Assembly: GCA_003216035.1 (NCBI GenBank) | Contig: QCJM01000002.1 | Span: forward strand, 82,426 to 146,425 | DNA: 64,000 nucleotides | Direction: 5' to 3' | DNA from: Prochlorococcus sp. AG-409-B13 | GTDB taxonomy: Bacteria; Cyanobacteriota; Cyanobacteriia; PCC-6307; Cyanobiaceae | Shown here: positions 51,849 to 61,470 of the stretch, in pieces | Position numbering within the stretch: position 1 is the stretch's first letter | Layout of the letters: each line of letters opens with the position of its first letter | Notes under the pieces: model-generated | What the model was told of the DNA's origin: nothing | The model's database searches: none | What the model saw: the letters and a program-made list of their open reading frames with translations, nothing else | Position numbers and translations under genes: made by a program

Positions 51849-52631
51849 ATGCTTCTCAATCTCAGTGGCAAAAAAATCCTCGTCACAGGCATAGCCAACA
51901 ACCGATCCATTGCTTGGGGTATTGCCCAGCAGTTAAATGCTGCAGGTGCTGAGCTTGGAATCACATATTTACCGGATGAAAAAGGACGCTTTGAAGCAAA
52001 GGTGAAGGAGCTGACTGCACCTCTAAATCCAAGCCTGTTTCTTCCATTGAATGTTCAGGACAGCTCCCAAATTGAAGAAGTTTTTAATGCCATAAAAAAC
52101 CAATGGGGACAATTAGATGGGCTAGTTCATTGCTTAGCTTTTGCAGGTAAAGAAGAGCTTATTGGTGATTACAGCGCAACATCCGCAGACGGCTTTGCCC
52201 GTGCACTTGAAATCAGTGCATACTCATTAGCACCACTTTGTCGACATGCGAAGCCCTTATTTAGTCCAGGAGCAGGTGTAGTGACGCTCACATACCTAGG
52301 GGCAGAAAGAGCAATCCCTAACTACAACGTGATGGGCGTAGCGAAGGCAGCTCTAGAAGCATCAGTCAGATATCTTGCTGCCGAGCTCGGGCCTGTCAAT
52401 CAAATTCGAGTGAATGCAATCAGCGCAGGCCCTATTCGAACCCTCGCAAGTTCAGCTATTGGAGGAATTCTCGACATGATTCATAACGTTGAGTCGAAAG
52501 CGCCCTTGCAACGGACTGTGACCCAAAAAGAAGTAGGTAATACTGCCGCTTTCTTACTTAGTGATCTTTCTAGTGGAATATCAGGTCAAACCATTTACGT
52601 AGATGCGGGCTATTGCGTTAATGGAATGTGA
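51849..52631 (+). CDS. fabI: Enoyl-[acyl-carrier-protein] reductase (NADH)
   Basis: MLLNLSGKKILVTGIANNRSIAWGIA, YNVMGVAKAALE (Y-x6-K) and ISAGPIRT are present. The start is placed at the ATG at 51849, not the upstream ORF-track start. Confidence 0.93.
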   Translation: MLLNLSGKKILVTGIANNRSIAWGIAQQLNAAGAELGITYLPDEKGRFEAKVKELTAPLNPSLFLPLNVQDSSQIEEVFNAIKNQWGQLDGLVHCLAFAGKEELIGDYSATSADGFARALEISAYSLAPLCRHAKPLFSPGAGVVTLTYLGAERAIPNYNVMGVAKAALEASVRYLAAELGPVNQIRVNAISAGPIRTLASSAIGGILDMIHNVESKAPLQRTVTQKEVGNTAAFLLSDLSSGISGQTIYVDAGYCVNGM

Positions 52632-52667
52632 TTTAACTTTCAGCATGAAATTAACTGAATTACACAC

Positions 52668-53285
52668 ATGACTTCTCCCCGGACAGGTCATATTCATCGA
52701 GTTACAAACGAAACGAACGTCAAGGTTCGCTTGGGACTCGAAGGATCTGGCAAATGCAAAGTGGCCACTGGCGTAGCCTTTCTTGACCACATGATTCAAC
52801 AAATATCTAGCCATGGCCTTCTAGATATAGAAATCAGTGCCAGTGGTGACACACATATTGATGACCATCACACTAATGAAGATGTTGGGATTGCTTTCGG
52901 TCAAGCTTTAGCTGAATCACTTGGCGATCGTCGTGGCATAAATCGCTTTGGCCATTTTGTGGCACCACTAGATGAAGCGTTAGTCCAAGTCGTCCTTGAT
53001 TGCTCTGGTCGTCCACACCTTAGTTTCAAACTTGACATACCCACTGAGCGAATCGGCACCTATGACACCGAACTAGTGAAAGAATTCTTTGTCGCAGTAG
53101 TCAATAACAGCGGCCTAACTTTGCATATTCACCAATTAAGCGGAAACAATTCGCATCACATCGTGGAAGCATGTTTCAAGGCATTCGCTAGAGCCCTAAG
53201 AATGGCATTGGAGTTCGACCCTAGAAGGGGTGAAGCAATCCCCAGCAGTAAGGGGCTGCTTGAACAAGCTGGAGCTCAGAATTGA
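52668..53285 (+). CDS. hisB: Imidazoleglycerol-phosphate dehydratase
   Basis: [22 protein letters not shown] and [19 protein letters not shown] are present. Confidence 0.95.
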   Translation: MTSPRTGHIHRVTNETNVKVRLGLEGSGKCKVATGVAFLDHMIQQISSHGLLDIEISASGDTHIDDHHTNEDVGIAFGQALAESLGDRRGINRFGHFVAPLDEALVQVVLDCSGRPHLSFKLDIPTERIGTYDTELVKEFFVAVVNNSGLTLHIHQLSGNNSHHIVEACFKAFARALRMALEFDPRRGEAIPSSKGLLEQAGAQN

Positions 53286-53361
53286 TCCCTTTAAATAAAA
53301 ACAAGTACTCGCAAATTAACAATCTTTACGCCAGGATCAACCCCAACTTATCGACCATATT

Positions 53362-54867
53362 GTGAAACAGTCTGCTTTAAGGGCTACTTCAGATAAAACT
53401 TCTGCGCATTTTGATCAACATGATTGGGCTAGTGCCTACTGCAATGTTGATCAGGAACTTAAGAACGTTCCTTTAACTACCATTAAAGGAAGTATCCCAA
53501 AAGAACTTTTTGGCAATCTTTATCGCAATGGTCCAGGAAAATTGGAGCGAAATGGCCAATGGGTCCATCACCCATTTGATGGCGACGGAATGATCGTATC
53601 AATATGCTTTAACAATGGTGATGTCACACTAAGCAATCAATTTATTCGTACAGAAGCTTGGGAAGAAGAAGAGAAAGCAGGAAAATTTATTTATCGTGGA
53701 GTATTTGGCACTCAAAAGCCTGGAGGACCAATAGCAAATGCCTTTGATCTACGCCTAAAAAACATCGCCAACACAAACGTAATCAAGCTAGGAGATCAAT
53801 TATTGGCTTTATGGGAGGCAGCAGGACCACATGCTTTAAATCCAAGTACGCTCGAAACAATTGGTCTATCAAACTTAAATGGAGTTCTCAAAAAAGGCGA
53901 GTCTTTTAGTGCACACCCACGCTTTGACCCTGGCCATCATGATAGACCTAGGATGGTCACATTTGGAGTGAAAACTGGTCCCAAAAGTACTATCAGACTA
54001 ATGGAGTTTGCTACTGAAGGAGTAGCTGCTGGTCAGTTAATAAGTGACAGAAAAGATAACTTTGATGGGTTTGCTTTTCTTCATGACTTTGCGATTACCC
54101 CTAATTGGGCTCTATTTTTACAGAATGCTATTGATTTCAATCCTCTACCTTTCATTCTTGGGCAAAAGGGGGCTGCTCAGTGTTTGAAATCCAACCCAAA
54201 AGACCAAGCAAAGTTTTTACTAATTCCTCGAGACTGTGGAGCTTATGCAGGACAAGCTCCTAGGATTTTTAATGCTCCTAAAGGTTTTGTTTTTCACCAT
54301 CTAAATGCATCAGAAAAAGATGAAGAAATAATCATTGAAAGTATTTACTATAAGGATTTTCCCTCAATCAAGCCTAATGAGGACTTTCGTAAAATCAACT
54401 TTGATTCAATCCCTGAAGGCATTCTAAAAAGATGTCATATTTCTTTTTCAAGTAATCAAATTTCAATAACAAATCTAAGCAAACAATGCTGTGAATTCGC
54501 AATGGTTAATCCATTATACCAAGGCCTCAAAGCAAATTATAGCTGGATGGCTGTTGCTGAGCGGGCAGAAGGCAATGGACCACTGCAAAGTATCAAAAAG
54601 CTTAACCTAAATACGTTAGAAGAATGTTTTTGGAGTGCATCTCCTCGAGGATTCGTAAGTGAACCAATAATGATACCCAATCCAACGAGTAAAAGTGAAG
54701 ATGAAGGCTGGGTTATTACTTTAGTTTGGAATGGTGCAAGACGAGCAACAGACCTAGTAATTCTCAACGCGAGCGACCTAAGCGAACAGGCAATATTAGA
54801 ATTTCCAATTGCTATTCCTTATGGGCTTCATGGAAATTGGGTAAGTTCTAACCCACCTAAACAATAG
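53362..54867 (+). CDS. Carotenoid/apocarotenoid cleavage oxygenase (RPE65/CCD family)
   Basis: Four His-containing blocks are present in the expected order (HPFDGDGM, FSAHPRFD, FLHDFAITPN, FVFHHLNA), with a final GLHGNW. The start is GTG. Confidence 0.88.
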   Translation: MKQSALRATSDKTSAHFDQHDWASAYCNVDQELKNVPLTTIKGSIPKELFGNLYRNGPGKLERNGQWVHHPFDGDGMIVSICFNNGDVTLSNQFIRTEAWEEEEKAGKFIYRGVFGTQKPGGPIANAFDLRLKNIANTNVIKLGDQLLALWEAAGPHALNPSTLETIGLSNLNGVLKKGESFSAHPRFDPGHHDRPRMVTFGVKTGPKSTIRLMEFATEGVAAGQLISDRKDNFDGFAFLHDFAITPNWALFLQNAIDFNPLPFILGQKGAAQCLKSNPKDQAKFLLIPRDCGAYAGQAPRIFNAPKGFVFHHLNASEKDEEIIIESIYYKDFPSIKPNEDFRKINFDSIPEGILKRCHISFSSNQISITNLSKQCCEFAMVNPLYQGLKANYSWMAVAERAEGNGPLQSIKKLNLNTLEECFWSASPRGFVSEPIMIPNPTSKSEDEGWVITLVWNGARRATDLVILNASDLSEQAILEFPIAIPYGLHGNWVSSNPPKQ

Positions 54868-54924
54868 TAAAGCTGAATATAGAAGAGAAGATAACAAAAA
54901 AGATTACAACTAAATAAATTTCAT

Positions 54925-55530
54925 TTATCCAGCCAAATTCAAAAGATTTCTTAAACCTGGCTTGAGCGAGGAGAAGGCTCTCCCACGATGTCCTAGTTTT
55001 TCCTTTTGTGATGCTTCCATCTCTGCGAAAGTGAGACCGGTTGATTGTTCTTCAAAAATGGGGTCATAACCAAAGCCATAATTTCCTCGAGGCAAATTAG
55101 TGATTAAGCCCTGGCACCTCCCTTCAACTTCTAATAAAATGCTTTGCTGTGGCGAAGCGATACAAAGAGCTGAGATAAAAAAAGCGCTGCGATCATCAAT
55201 CAATTGCAACTCTTTGAGAAGGCGATTAATCCTTTCTGGATCTGAATTTGCATAGCGAGCTGAATAGATACCTGGTGCACCTGCAAGGGCATTAACACAT
55301 AAGCCTGAGTCATCTGCAAGAGACCACTCACCTGTTAAAGTAGCAATTTTAAGAGCCTTTAGGCGTGCATTTTCAGCAAAAGTTTCTCCTGTTTCTTCAA
55401 TATCAATAGAATCAGGTTGAGCCAGTATTTTAACTGGAAACTCTGAAAGAAGTCTTCTAAATTCTTTTATCTTCCCTGGATTTTTACTGGCAATAATAAT
55501 TATTTTATTTCCTGGTTTAACAATGTTCAT
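54925..55530 (-). CDS. rdgB: Non-canonical purine NTP pyrophosphatase (RdgB/HAM1)
   Basis: IIIASKNPGKIKEF and GFGYDPIF are present. The ATG at 55530 overlaps the TGA of the upstream mutase gene (ATGA). Confidence 0.9.
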   Translation of the reverse strand: MNIVKPGNKIIIIASKNPGKIKEFRRLLSEFPVKILAQPDSIDIEETGETFAENARLKALKIATLTGEWSLADDSGLCVNALAGAPGIYSARYANSDPERINRLLKELQLIDDRSAFFISALCIASPQQSILLEVEGRCQGLITNLPRGNYGFGYDPIFEEQSTGLTFAEMEASQKEKLGHRGRAFSSLKPGLRNLLNLAG

Positions 55531-56987
55531 GCTTTTTCTGCTAACTCTTTTGCCCAAGACAAGGCAATTCTAAGCTTATCTTCGTTAGGAGCCTCACAAT
55601 AAATCCTTAGCAAAGGTTCGGTACCAGAAAAGCGCAACATAAGCCAGTAGCTTTTACCTAGCCTAAGTTTTAATCCATCAGTACGGATTACTTCTAGCAC
55701 TTTTTGTTTTGAAACCGACGAGGGAGGTTTTTTATTAAGTAATTCTTCCAGTCTTACTCTTGCATTCATGTCCGATAGGCGTAAATCAATACGGTCAAAG
55801 CAACTATCACCAAAACGTCCTTTTAAGGCATCTATTCTTACCCCAAGAGGCTTAGAAACTTGCGTCAAAGCTTCCAGAAGAAGAAGAGATGAGAAAAGTG
55901 CATCACGCTCAGGCAAATGAATACCAAAGCCAATTCCTCCTGATTCTTCTCCACCTATTAATACTGAGCTTGAAAGCATTTCAGCAGCAATGTACTTGAA
56001 CCCAACAGGCAATTCAATTACATCACGGCCTAAGTCCTCAGCAACAAAGCGCATTAGATCAGAACCGCTAACTGTTTTCACTACAGATCCAGTTAGATTG
56101 CGTGACCTTCCCAAATGGTCTATTAACAAAGGCATTAATACTTGAGTGCTGCAATATCTTCCAAATTCATCAACAGCTGCAATACGATCACCATCACCAT
56201 CAAATACGAGCCCAATTGCAGGCTTACCAGAACAAGCGGAGGCCTTAATAGCATCAATCAATTCCAGAAGGTAAGAAGCGAGAGGTTCTGGTGGATTTCC
56301 ACCAAATAATGGATCACGTTCACTACGAATTTCTTGGAAATAGTCAGGTCCAACTTCTCCTAACAATTCACCCAAACAGCCTGCCGCTGAACCATGCATT
56401 GGGTCAACAATCACCTTCAGCCCCATTTCCCTAATTCCGCGTATTAGAGCTTTTAGATCCACTTTCTCCCGCAAAGCCTTTAGATGCTCCCCTCGTGCGT
56501 CAAAGCTCTGAGGAGTTACATCTCTGGGCACAGTAATTCCACCAGCAGCAATTCTTTGCTCAACAGCTTGAGTAAATCCTCTTTCAACAGAACCGCCAAA
56601 AGGCCCCTTGATCTTGAGGCCAATCCACTCTGGTGGGTTGTGGCTAGCAGTTATTACCAATGCGCCTAATGCCTTGCGTGCAACTACAGCCCAACTACAT
56701 GCTGGCGTAGTTACGGGCGCCTGTGCCAAAAGAGGCTCAAGTTCACACCCTTTAACAACAGCAGCAGTGACCTCCGCAAACTCTCGAGCTAAAAAGCGAC
56801 GGTCATATCCAATAACTATTGTTCTGCTTTTTAGTCCTTTTGGGGCTCGATACGCCAATTCCTGAGCCGCTGCCGCAACAACTGGCACGAGCCTCTCAAG
56901 AGTAAAATCAACTCCTAGAACCCCGCGCCAACCATCAGTACCAAACTGAATTGGAGAAGGATTAAGTCGCATTGAATTGATCTCCAT
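55527..56987 (-). CDS. Phosphoglucomutase/phosphomannomutase-family protein
   Basis: The active-site TASHNP, the metal loop FDGDGDR and the sugar loop GGEESGG are present. An alternative start is the ATG at 56972. Confidence 0.88.
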   Translation of the reverse strand: MEINSMRLNPSPIQFGTDGWRGVLGVDFTLERLVPVVAAAAQELAYRAPKGLKSRTIVIGYDRRFLAREFAEVTAAVVKGCELEPLLAQAPVTTPACSWAVVARKALGALVITASHNPPEWIGLKIKGPFGGSVERGFTQAVEQRIAAGGITVPRDVTPQSFDARGEHLKALREKVDLKALIRGIREMGLKVIVDPMHGSAAGCLGELLGEVGPDYFQEIRSERDPLFGGNPPEPLASYLLELIDAIKASACSGKPAIGLVFDGDGDRIAAVDEFGRYCSTQVLMPLLIDHLGRSRNLTGSVVKTVSGSDLMRFVAEDLGRDVIELPVGFKYIAAEMLSSSVLIGGEESGGIGFGIHLPERDALFSSLLLLEALTQVSKPLGVRIDALKGRFGDSCFDRIDLRLSDMNARVRLEELLNKKPPSSVSKQKVLEVIRTDGLKLRLGKSYWLMLRFSGTEPLLRIYCEAPNEDKLRIALSWAKELAEKA

Positions 56988-57040
56988 GCAGAAGGGATAA
57001 GTGAACTAGCCCTAATAGCCCAGCAACCTAACGTCGAAAG

Positions 57041-58501
57041 ATGCCTAACAAGCTTATGCAAGGCAAAGGACTTACAGATCGACTTTTGCGTAACTGGTTC
57101 CGATGTCGACGTCGAGCTTGGCTTGATAAATATGGGAATGCTGAGAGAAGGCTTTGGACTGCTCACAGAACTATCCAACTCAATGATCAACAACAAGGAT
57201 TCACCTATCTAATAGAAAGCAAACCAAAAAGAGGGGTCAAAGCTTGCGAAGAAGGCACTGCGGGTGTTGTAGGAATTCGCCTAAAAGGTACATTGAATTC
57301 AGGGCAAGTAATCGAAGCACATCCTCCGCTACTTCAACGTATAGAAGGAGAAAGTCGCTGGGGGAATTTTGCCTATAGACCTGTGCTTTGGAAGCAAGGG
57401 AAAAGACTAACGCGTGAACATCGTCTCGGATTATCATTAGTTGGACTATTGTTAGAACCATTTCAGAAAGCAGAAGTCCCTGAAGGGCTAATTATTTCCA
57501 GAGCAAATAGAGGGATAAAAAAAGAAAAAATCACCTTAAATAATGGATTAGAGAAACAACTAAGTGACTCTTTAGAGAAACTTGCTTTCGATCTAAATCG
57601 AAAGGAACCTCCGCCACTTACTGCTGATCGTCGTAAATGCTCGCTTTGCTCTTGGAGAAGTTTATGCGGAGAAGAGGCAGGAATCAGTGGCCACCTGAGC
57701 GAAGTAAGCGGAATAGGCGCTAGAAGACTACAGATATTAGAAGAGTTAGATATTCATAACCTAGAAGATCTTGCAGCAGCTGATCTAATTTTTTTAAAGG
57801 AAAAGCTAGACTATTTTGGAACTCAACATGGTGAGGCTGCTCAACAACTCATCAAACAGGCAATGGTTCAACGCGATGGTTGTGCAGAAAGATTAGATCA
57901 GAAACCTGCATTACCAGAGCTTAGGTCAGCCCCTGGAGTATTAATATATGACATAGAATCAGACCCTGATGCAAAGGACGATTTTCTTCATGGTTTTGTT
58001 AACCTACCTAGAAGAAAGTGTGGGGAATGGAATATAGAAAGTGCCAAGTATCATCCATTACTAATACTTGCCGAAAATGGGGAAGATACAGCTTGGGAAA
58101 GGCTTAAATGGAAGCTTGACTATTATTCAGATTGGCCCATCTTGCATTATGGAGAGACCGAAGCCCTTTCACTTTCCCGAATAGCGCAAAGGCAAGGTGC
58201 AAGCCAAGATGAATTAAAAGCCCTCCACAATCGTCTAATAGATATCCATGCACGTGTTCGCAAACATTGGCTTTTGCCAGTTAATAGTTACGGGTTAAAA
58301 GCTGTTGCGGGGTGGATAGGTTTTAAATGGAGTCAATTCGAAGTAGACGGGGCGAAAGCTCTTCTCTGGTGGCGCCAATGGCGAGGGGGGAGAGGCACAT
58401 CTCGAGGCAATTCAAATTCTCTGCGAAGGATATATAAATACAATAAAGACGATTGCCTTGCCACATGGGCAGTAGCAAAATGGCTTATGGACAATAGTTA
58501 A
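57041..58501 (+). CDS. TM0106-type RecB-family nuclease: a Cas4/AddB-like 4-Cys nuclease module, a helix-hairpin-helix, and a DEDDy 3'-5' exonuclease-like module
   Basis: C22 together with C200-x2-C203-x5-C209 (RRKCSLCSWRSLC) matches the Cas4/AddB Fe-S pattern. An HhH motif is present (VSGIGARRLQILEEL). An exonuclease-like region runs VLIYDIESDPD...HYGETE...YNKDDC. Confidence 0.7.
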   Translation: MPNKLMQGKGLTDRLLRNWFRCRRRAWLDKYGNAERRLWTAHRTIQLNDQQQGFTYLIESKPKRGVKACEEGTAGVVGIRLKGTLNSGQVIEAHPPLLQRIEGESRWGNFAYRPVLWKQGKRLTREHRLGLSLVGLLLEPFQKAEVPEGLIISRANRGIKKEKITLNNGLEKQLSDSLEKLAFDLNRKEPPPLTADRRKCSLCSWRSLCGEEAGISGHLSEVSGIGARRLQILEELDIHNLEDLAAADLIFLKEKLDYFGTQHGEAAQQLIKQAMVQRDGCAERLDQKPALPELRSAPGVLIYDIESDPDAKDDFLHGFVNLPRRKCGEWNIESAKYHPLLILAENGEDTAWERLKWKLDYYSDWPILHYGETEALSLSRIAQRQGASQDELKALHNRLIDIHARVRKHWLLPVNSYGLKAVAGWIGFKWSQFEVDGAKALLWWRQWRGGRGTSRGNSNSLRRIYKYNKDDCLATWAVAKWLMDNS

Positions 58502-58522
58502 ACCTATAAATTCCAAACATAC

Positions 58523-59374
58523 TTATAGTCCTGATGAAGAAGTAAGCTCTGCAGTAGTTCTTAGGCGCACACATTTAAAATTATCAATCAGATAAAGTTC
58601 TTCTTCCAAAAAGGCCTTCCTTTTCACCATAGCCAAGCCATAGCTCTTACCAGAAGCGACATCATAAATAGCAGATGTAATTGTTCCTGCAAGTTGACTA
58701 GATTCCTTAATCAATGGGGGGATTATCAAAGCTTGACCAGCTCTTACATTCCCATCAGCTTCCCATAATTTCAATTTTTGCTTAATTATATTTTTCCTGG
58801 CAAGCTTAGCGATTGTTTCTTGGCCTAAGTAACAACCTTTCTCAAGGCTTAGCAAATCTGCAATACCTAGTTCAAAAGGATTATTCTCTCCATTAATTTC
58901 ACCTTTCCCAATAGGCAAACCTTGCTTTAGCCTCCACATCTCAACTTCTTGAAGACTTGCCTTAGGATAATCAACAAAGGAACTCTTGTTAATACTACAA
59001 AAGTGATTAATCCATTCAACATGCTTAAACCTATCAAGGTCTATATCAGCAAGAAGCTGCACTCTCCGTATTGAGTCTAAAAGTTCTATTTCTAAATTAT
59101 CAGCCGGAAAAATTACCCTCTCAAAACCTTTTGCTACATCATTAATATCACCAGCCAATACAATTACATCAGCCCATTTTTCTAGAAGAACTATTTCCAA
59201 TAACGCTCGAACTCTACCTGTAGCAGTAAGCCAACAACTGCCAAAGATAACTCCATCTTGAAAGCGATTAATATCAGCCGTTGTTTGACCATTAAGGAAA
59301 GCTCTAGCCCCAGGCCCAACCAACCGAATAGCAGGCCAAGTATCATCCCAAACAATTTCAGCTTTAGAACTCAT
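58523..59374 (-). CDS. ygfZ: Folate-binding YgfZ-family protein (GcvT-like)
   Basis: The signature KGCYLGQE is present. The ATG overlaps the pyrE TGA (ATGA). Confidence 0.85.
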   Translation of the reverse strand: MSSKAEIVWDDTWPAIRLVGPGARAFLNGQTTADINRFQDGVIFGSCWLTATGRVRALLEIVLLEKWADVIVLAGDINDVAKGFERVIFPADNLEIELLDSIRRVQLLADIDLDRFKHVEWINHFCSINKSSFVDYPKASLQEVEMWRLKQGLPIGKGEINGENNPFELGIADLLSLEKGCYLGQETIAKLARKNIIKQKLKLWEADGNVRAGQALIIPPLIKESSQLAGTITSAIYDVASGKSYGLAMVKRKAFLEEELYLIDNFKCVRLRTTAELTSSSGL

Positions 59375-59955
59375 AAGGAAAGCTCCTGAGCACGATTTGC
59401 TACTTGCTTTACTTGGAAAAGACTAATTAACTCCAATCCAGCATTCCGAAATAACACATCAGCCCCTTCCTGTCGGTCCACAATCGTGACCACCCTTTTT
59501 ACTATGTATCCAGACTCGCGCAGCTGGTTCACTGCTTTTAAAGATGATCCACCCGTAGTAACGACATCCTCCAAAACTGTTATCAAAGCACCTTTAGGAG
59601 GAAGAGGGCCCTCTAACCAAGCGCCTGTGCCATGCCCCTTCGCCTCCTTTCTGACAATAAGTGCATTCAAGAAACGTCCATTGTGAGCAGCTGCCATAGC
59701 AACGCCGCTTACTAAAGGATCTGCGCCAAGAGTGAGGCCAGCCACCGAAAGTGCATCAGAATCAATCCGCTCAAGAAGTGACCTGCTTAATAAAGCAAGG
59801 CCCTCTCCGCTCAAGCTAACTGGCTTGCAATTCACATAATGGGTACTTCTTATGCCAGATGCCAAAGTGAAATCACCGTGTTGGTAAGCCTCGGTTGCTA
59901 ACAAAGTGAGAAGCTTGTCATTGCAGGCTTCCTTAGAAATTGGGAGGTTGCTCAT
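59371..59955 (-). CDS. pyrE: Orotate phosphoribosyltransferase
   Basis: The PRPP-binding loop [11 protein letters not shown] is present, with [14 protein letters not shown] at the N-terminus. Confidence 0.93.
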   Translation of the reverse strand: MSNLPISKEACNDKLLTLLATEAYQHGDFTLASGIRSTHYVNCKPVSLSGEGLALLSRSLLERIDSDALSVAGLTLGADPLVSGVAMAAAHNGRFLNALIVRKEAKGHGTGAWLEGPLPPKGALITVLEDVVTTGGSSLKAVNQLRESGYIVKRVVTIVDRQEGADVLFRNAGLELISLFQVKQVANRAQELSL

Positions 59956-60063
59956 AGTGGCTGTTGCATCATGGATGCATTGCCTATTTTGGGATTAATA
60001 GGTTTACTTATTATTCATGCTGAGGTCTTCACTAATATGAAAGTTCTTTGATAGATCCACAAA

Positions 60064-60136
60064 GGGGGCCTAGCAATCTGGTGAATGCAGCGAACTCATA
60101 ATTCGCCTAAGGCGAGTTCGATCCTCGCGACCCCCA
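60064..60136 (+). tRNA. tRNA with anticodon CAT (elongator Met or lysidine-modified Ile2; not an initiator)
   Basis: The hand fold fits canonical numbering exactly (73 nt): GGGGGCC/GACCCCC acceptor (C6-A67 mismatch), GCAA/ATGC D stem (A13-A22), GCGAA-CTCATAA-TTCGC anticodon arm, GCGAG-TTCGATC-CTCGC T arm, discriminator A. Pair 1-72 is a Watson-Crick pair, and the anticodon stem lacks the three G-C pairs of initiators. Confidence 0.85.
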
Positions 60137-60149
60137 TACGACACCATTA

Positions 60150-61433
60150 ATGCGACTATTTATTCTCGGCATATTGCTGACCCTCCCAGCCTTCTTCTCT
60201 GCGGGAGAAGTTTCACTATTGAGACTTCGCCCAATTCGGGTACAACGTTTAGTTGAAGAGGGTCGTCAAGGGGCTCAAGCAATACATCGACTCCAACGTC
60301 GCTTAAGAAGAGCTTTATTAGCTTCCCAATTAGGAGGAACAATTGCCCTAGTTGCATTGGGGTGGGTAGGTCGCGGCCTAGGGAGTCGTTGGTGGCCCTA
60401 TGAAGAAGCCTCAAGGCGATTCCTGGACATAATTTTGTTCCTTGCAATTGTTTCATTAGCCACTCTCCTATCTGGTCTTCTCCCTAAAGCCTTAGTACTT
60501 AATCGACCCGAAACAGCTGCATTGCGATTAGCTCCAATTATGGAAGCAGCAATGAGAGCATTGGCTCCAATCCTTGTCTTATTCGAATCATTAGCCTCAC
60601 TGCTACTTCGTCTAGTTGGCTTAAATGCACACTGGGACGCAATGATACCGGCCCTATCTGCAGAAGAATTAGAAACACTCATTGACTCGGGAGGAGTTAC
60701 TGGCCTGCGCCCTGACGAAAGAAATATTCTTGAAGGAGTTTTTGCTCTTCGTGACACCCAAGTCAGGGAAGTAATGATCCCTCGCTCAGGAATGGTCACA
60801 TTGCCTGTAGATGTACGTTTTGCAGAATTAATGAGAGCTGTTCACAAGACAAGACATGCCCGTTTCATAGTTATCGGAGAATCTCTAGATGATGTAAGGG
60901 GGGTAATAGATCTCAGACAACTAGCTGAACCAATATCTAAAGGAGCAATGGAAGCTGATACTCCTCTTGCTCCTTATCTTCAAACTGCTCCAAGGGTTCT
61001 TGAAACAAGCACTCTTGCTGATCTTTTATTACTAATTCGCAATGGTAAGCCGCTCTTGCTTGTAGTAGATGAGCATGGAGGGACCGAAGGACTAGTTACA
61101 GCTGCAGATCTAACTGGAGAAATTGTTGGAGAAGAAATGCAGTCAGAGAATAAAGAGCCTGAACTTCTGCAGTTAGAAGGTCAGCTTGAAACTTGGTCAG
61201 CAGAAGGGTGTCTAGAAATAATTGAACTCAATCGGCAACTAAATCTGGAGTTACCTGAAGCAGCTGAACACCATACCCTTGCAGGTTTTTTATTAGAAAA
61301 ACTTCAACATATTCCATTATCAGGCGAAACTCTCATGTACGAAGGAATAAAGTTTGAAATAATAAAAATGAATGGGCCTCGTATTGAGCGCGTCAAAATG
61401 GATCTGACCACTAACAAAAAAACAAGAGATTGA
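60150..61433 (+). CDS. CNNM/DUF21-CBS-CorC_HlyC family transporter-associated protein (TlyC/CorC-like)
   Basis: It has an N-terminal 4-TM DUF21 region, a CBS pair (VREVMIPRSGMVTL...; LLVVDEHGGTEGLVTAADL) and a C-terminal CorC domain. Confidence 0.85.
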   Translation: MRLFILGILLTLPAFFSAGEVSLLRLRPIRVQRLVEEGRQGAQAIHRLQRRLRRALLASQLGGTIALVALGWVGRGLGSRWWPYEEASRRFLDIILFLAIVSLATLLSGLLPKALVLNRPETAALRLAPIMEAAMRALAPILVLFESLASLLLRLVGLNAHWDAMIPALSAEELETLIDSGGVTGLRPDERNILEGVFALRDTQVREVMIPRSGMVTLPVDVRFAELMRAVHKTRHARFIVIGESLDDVRGVIDLRQLAEPISKGAMEADTPLAPYLQTAPRVLETSTLADLLLLIRNGKPLLLVVDEHGGTEGLVTAADLTGEIVGEEMQSENKEPELLQLEGQLETWSAEGCLEIIELNRQLNLELPEAAEHHTLAGFLLEKLQHIPLSGETLMYEGIKFEIIKMNGPRIERVKMDLTTNKKTRD

Positions 61434-61470
61434 TAGTCGATAATCTCTCAAAAACCATTGTCCCAAGCCA

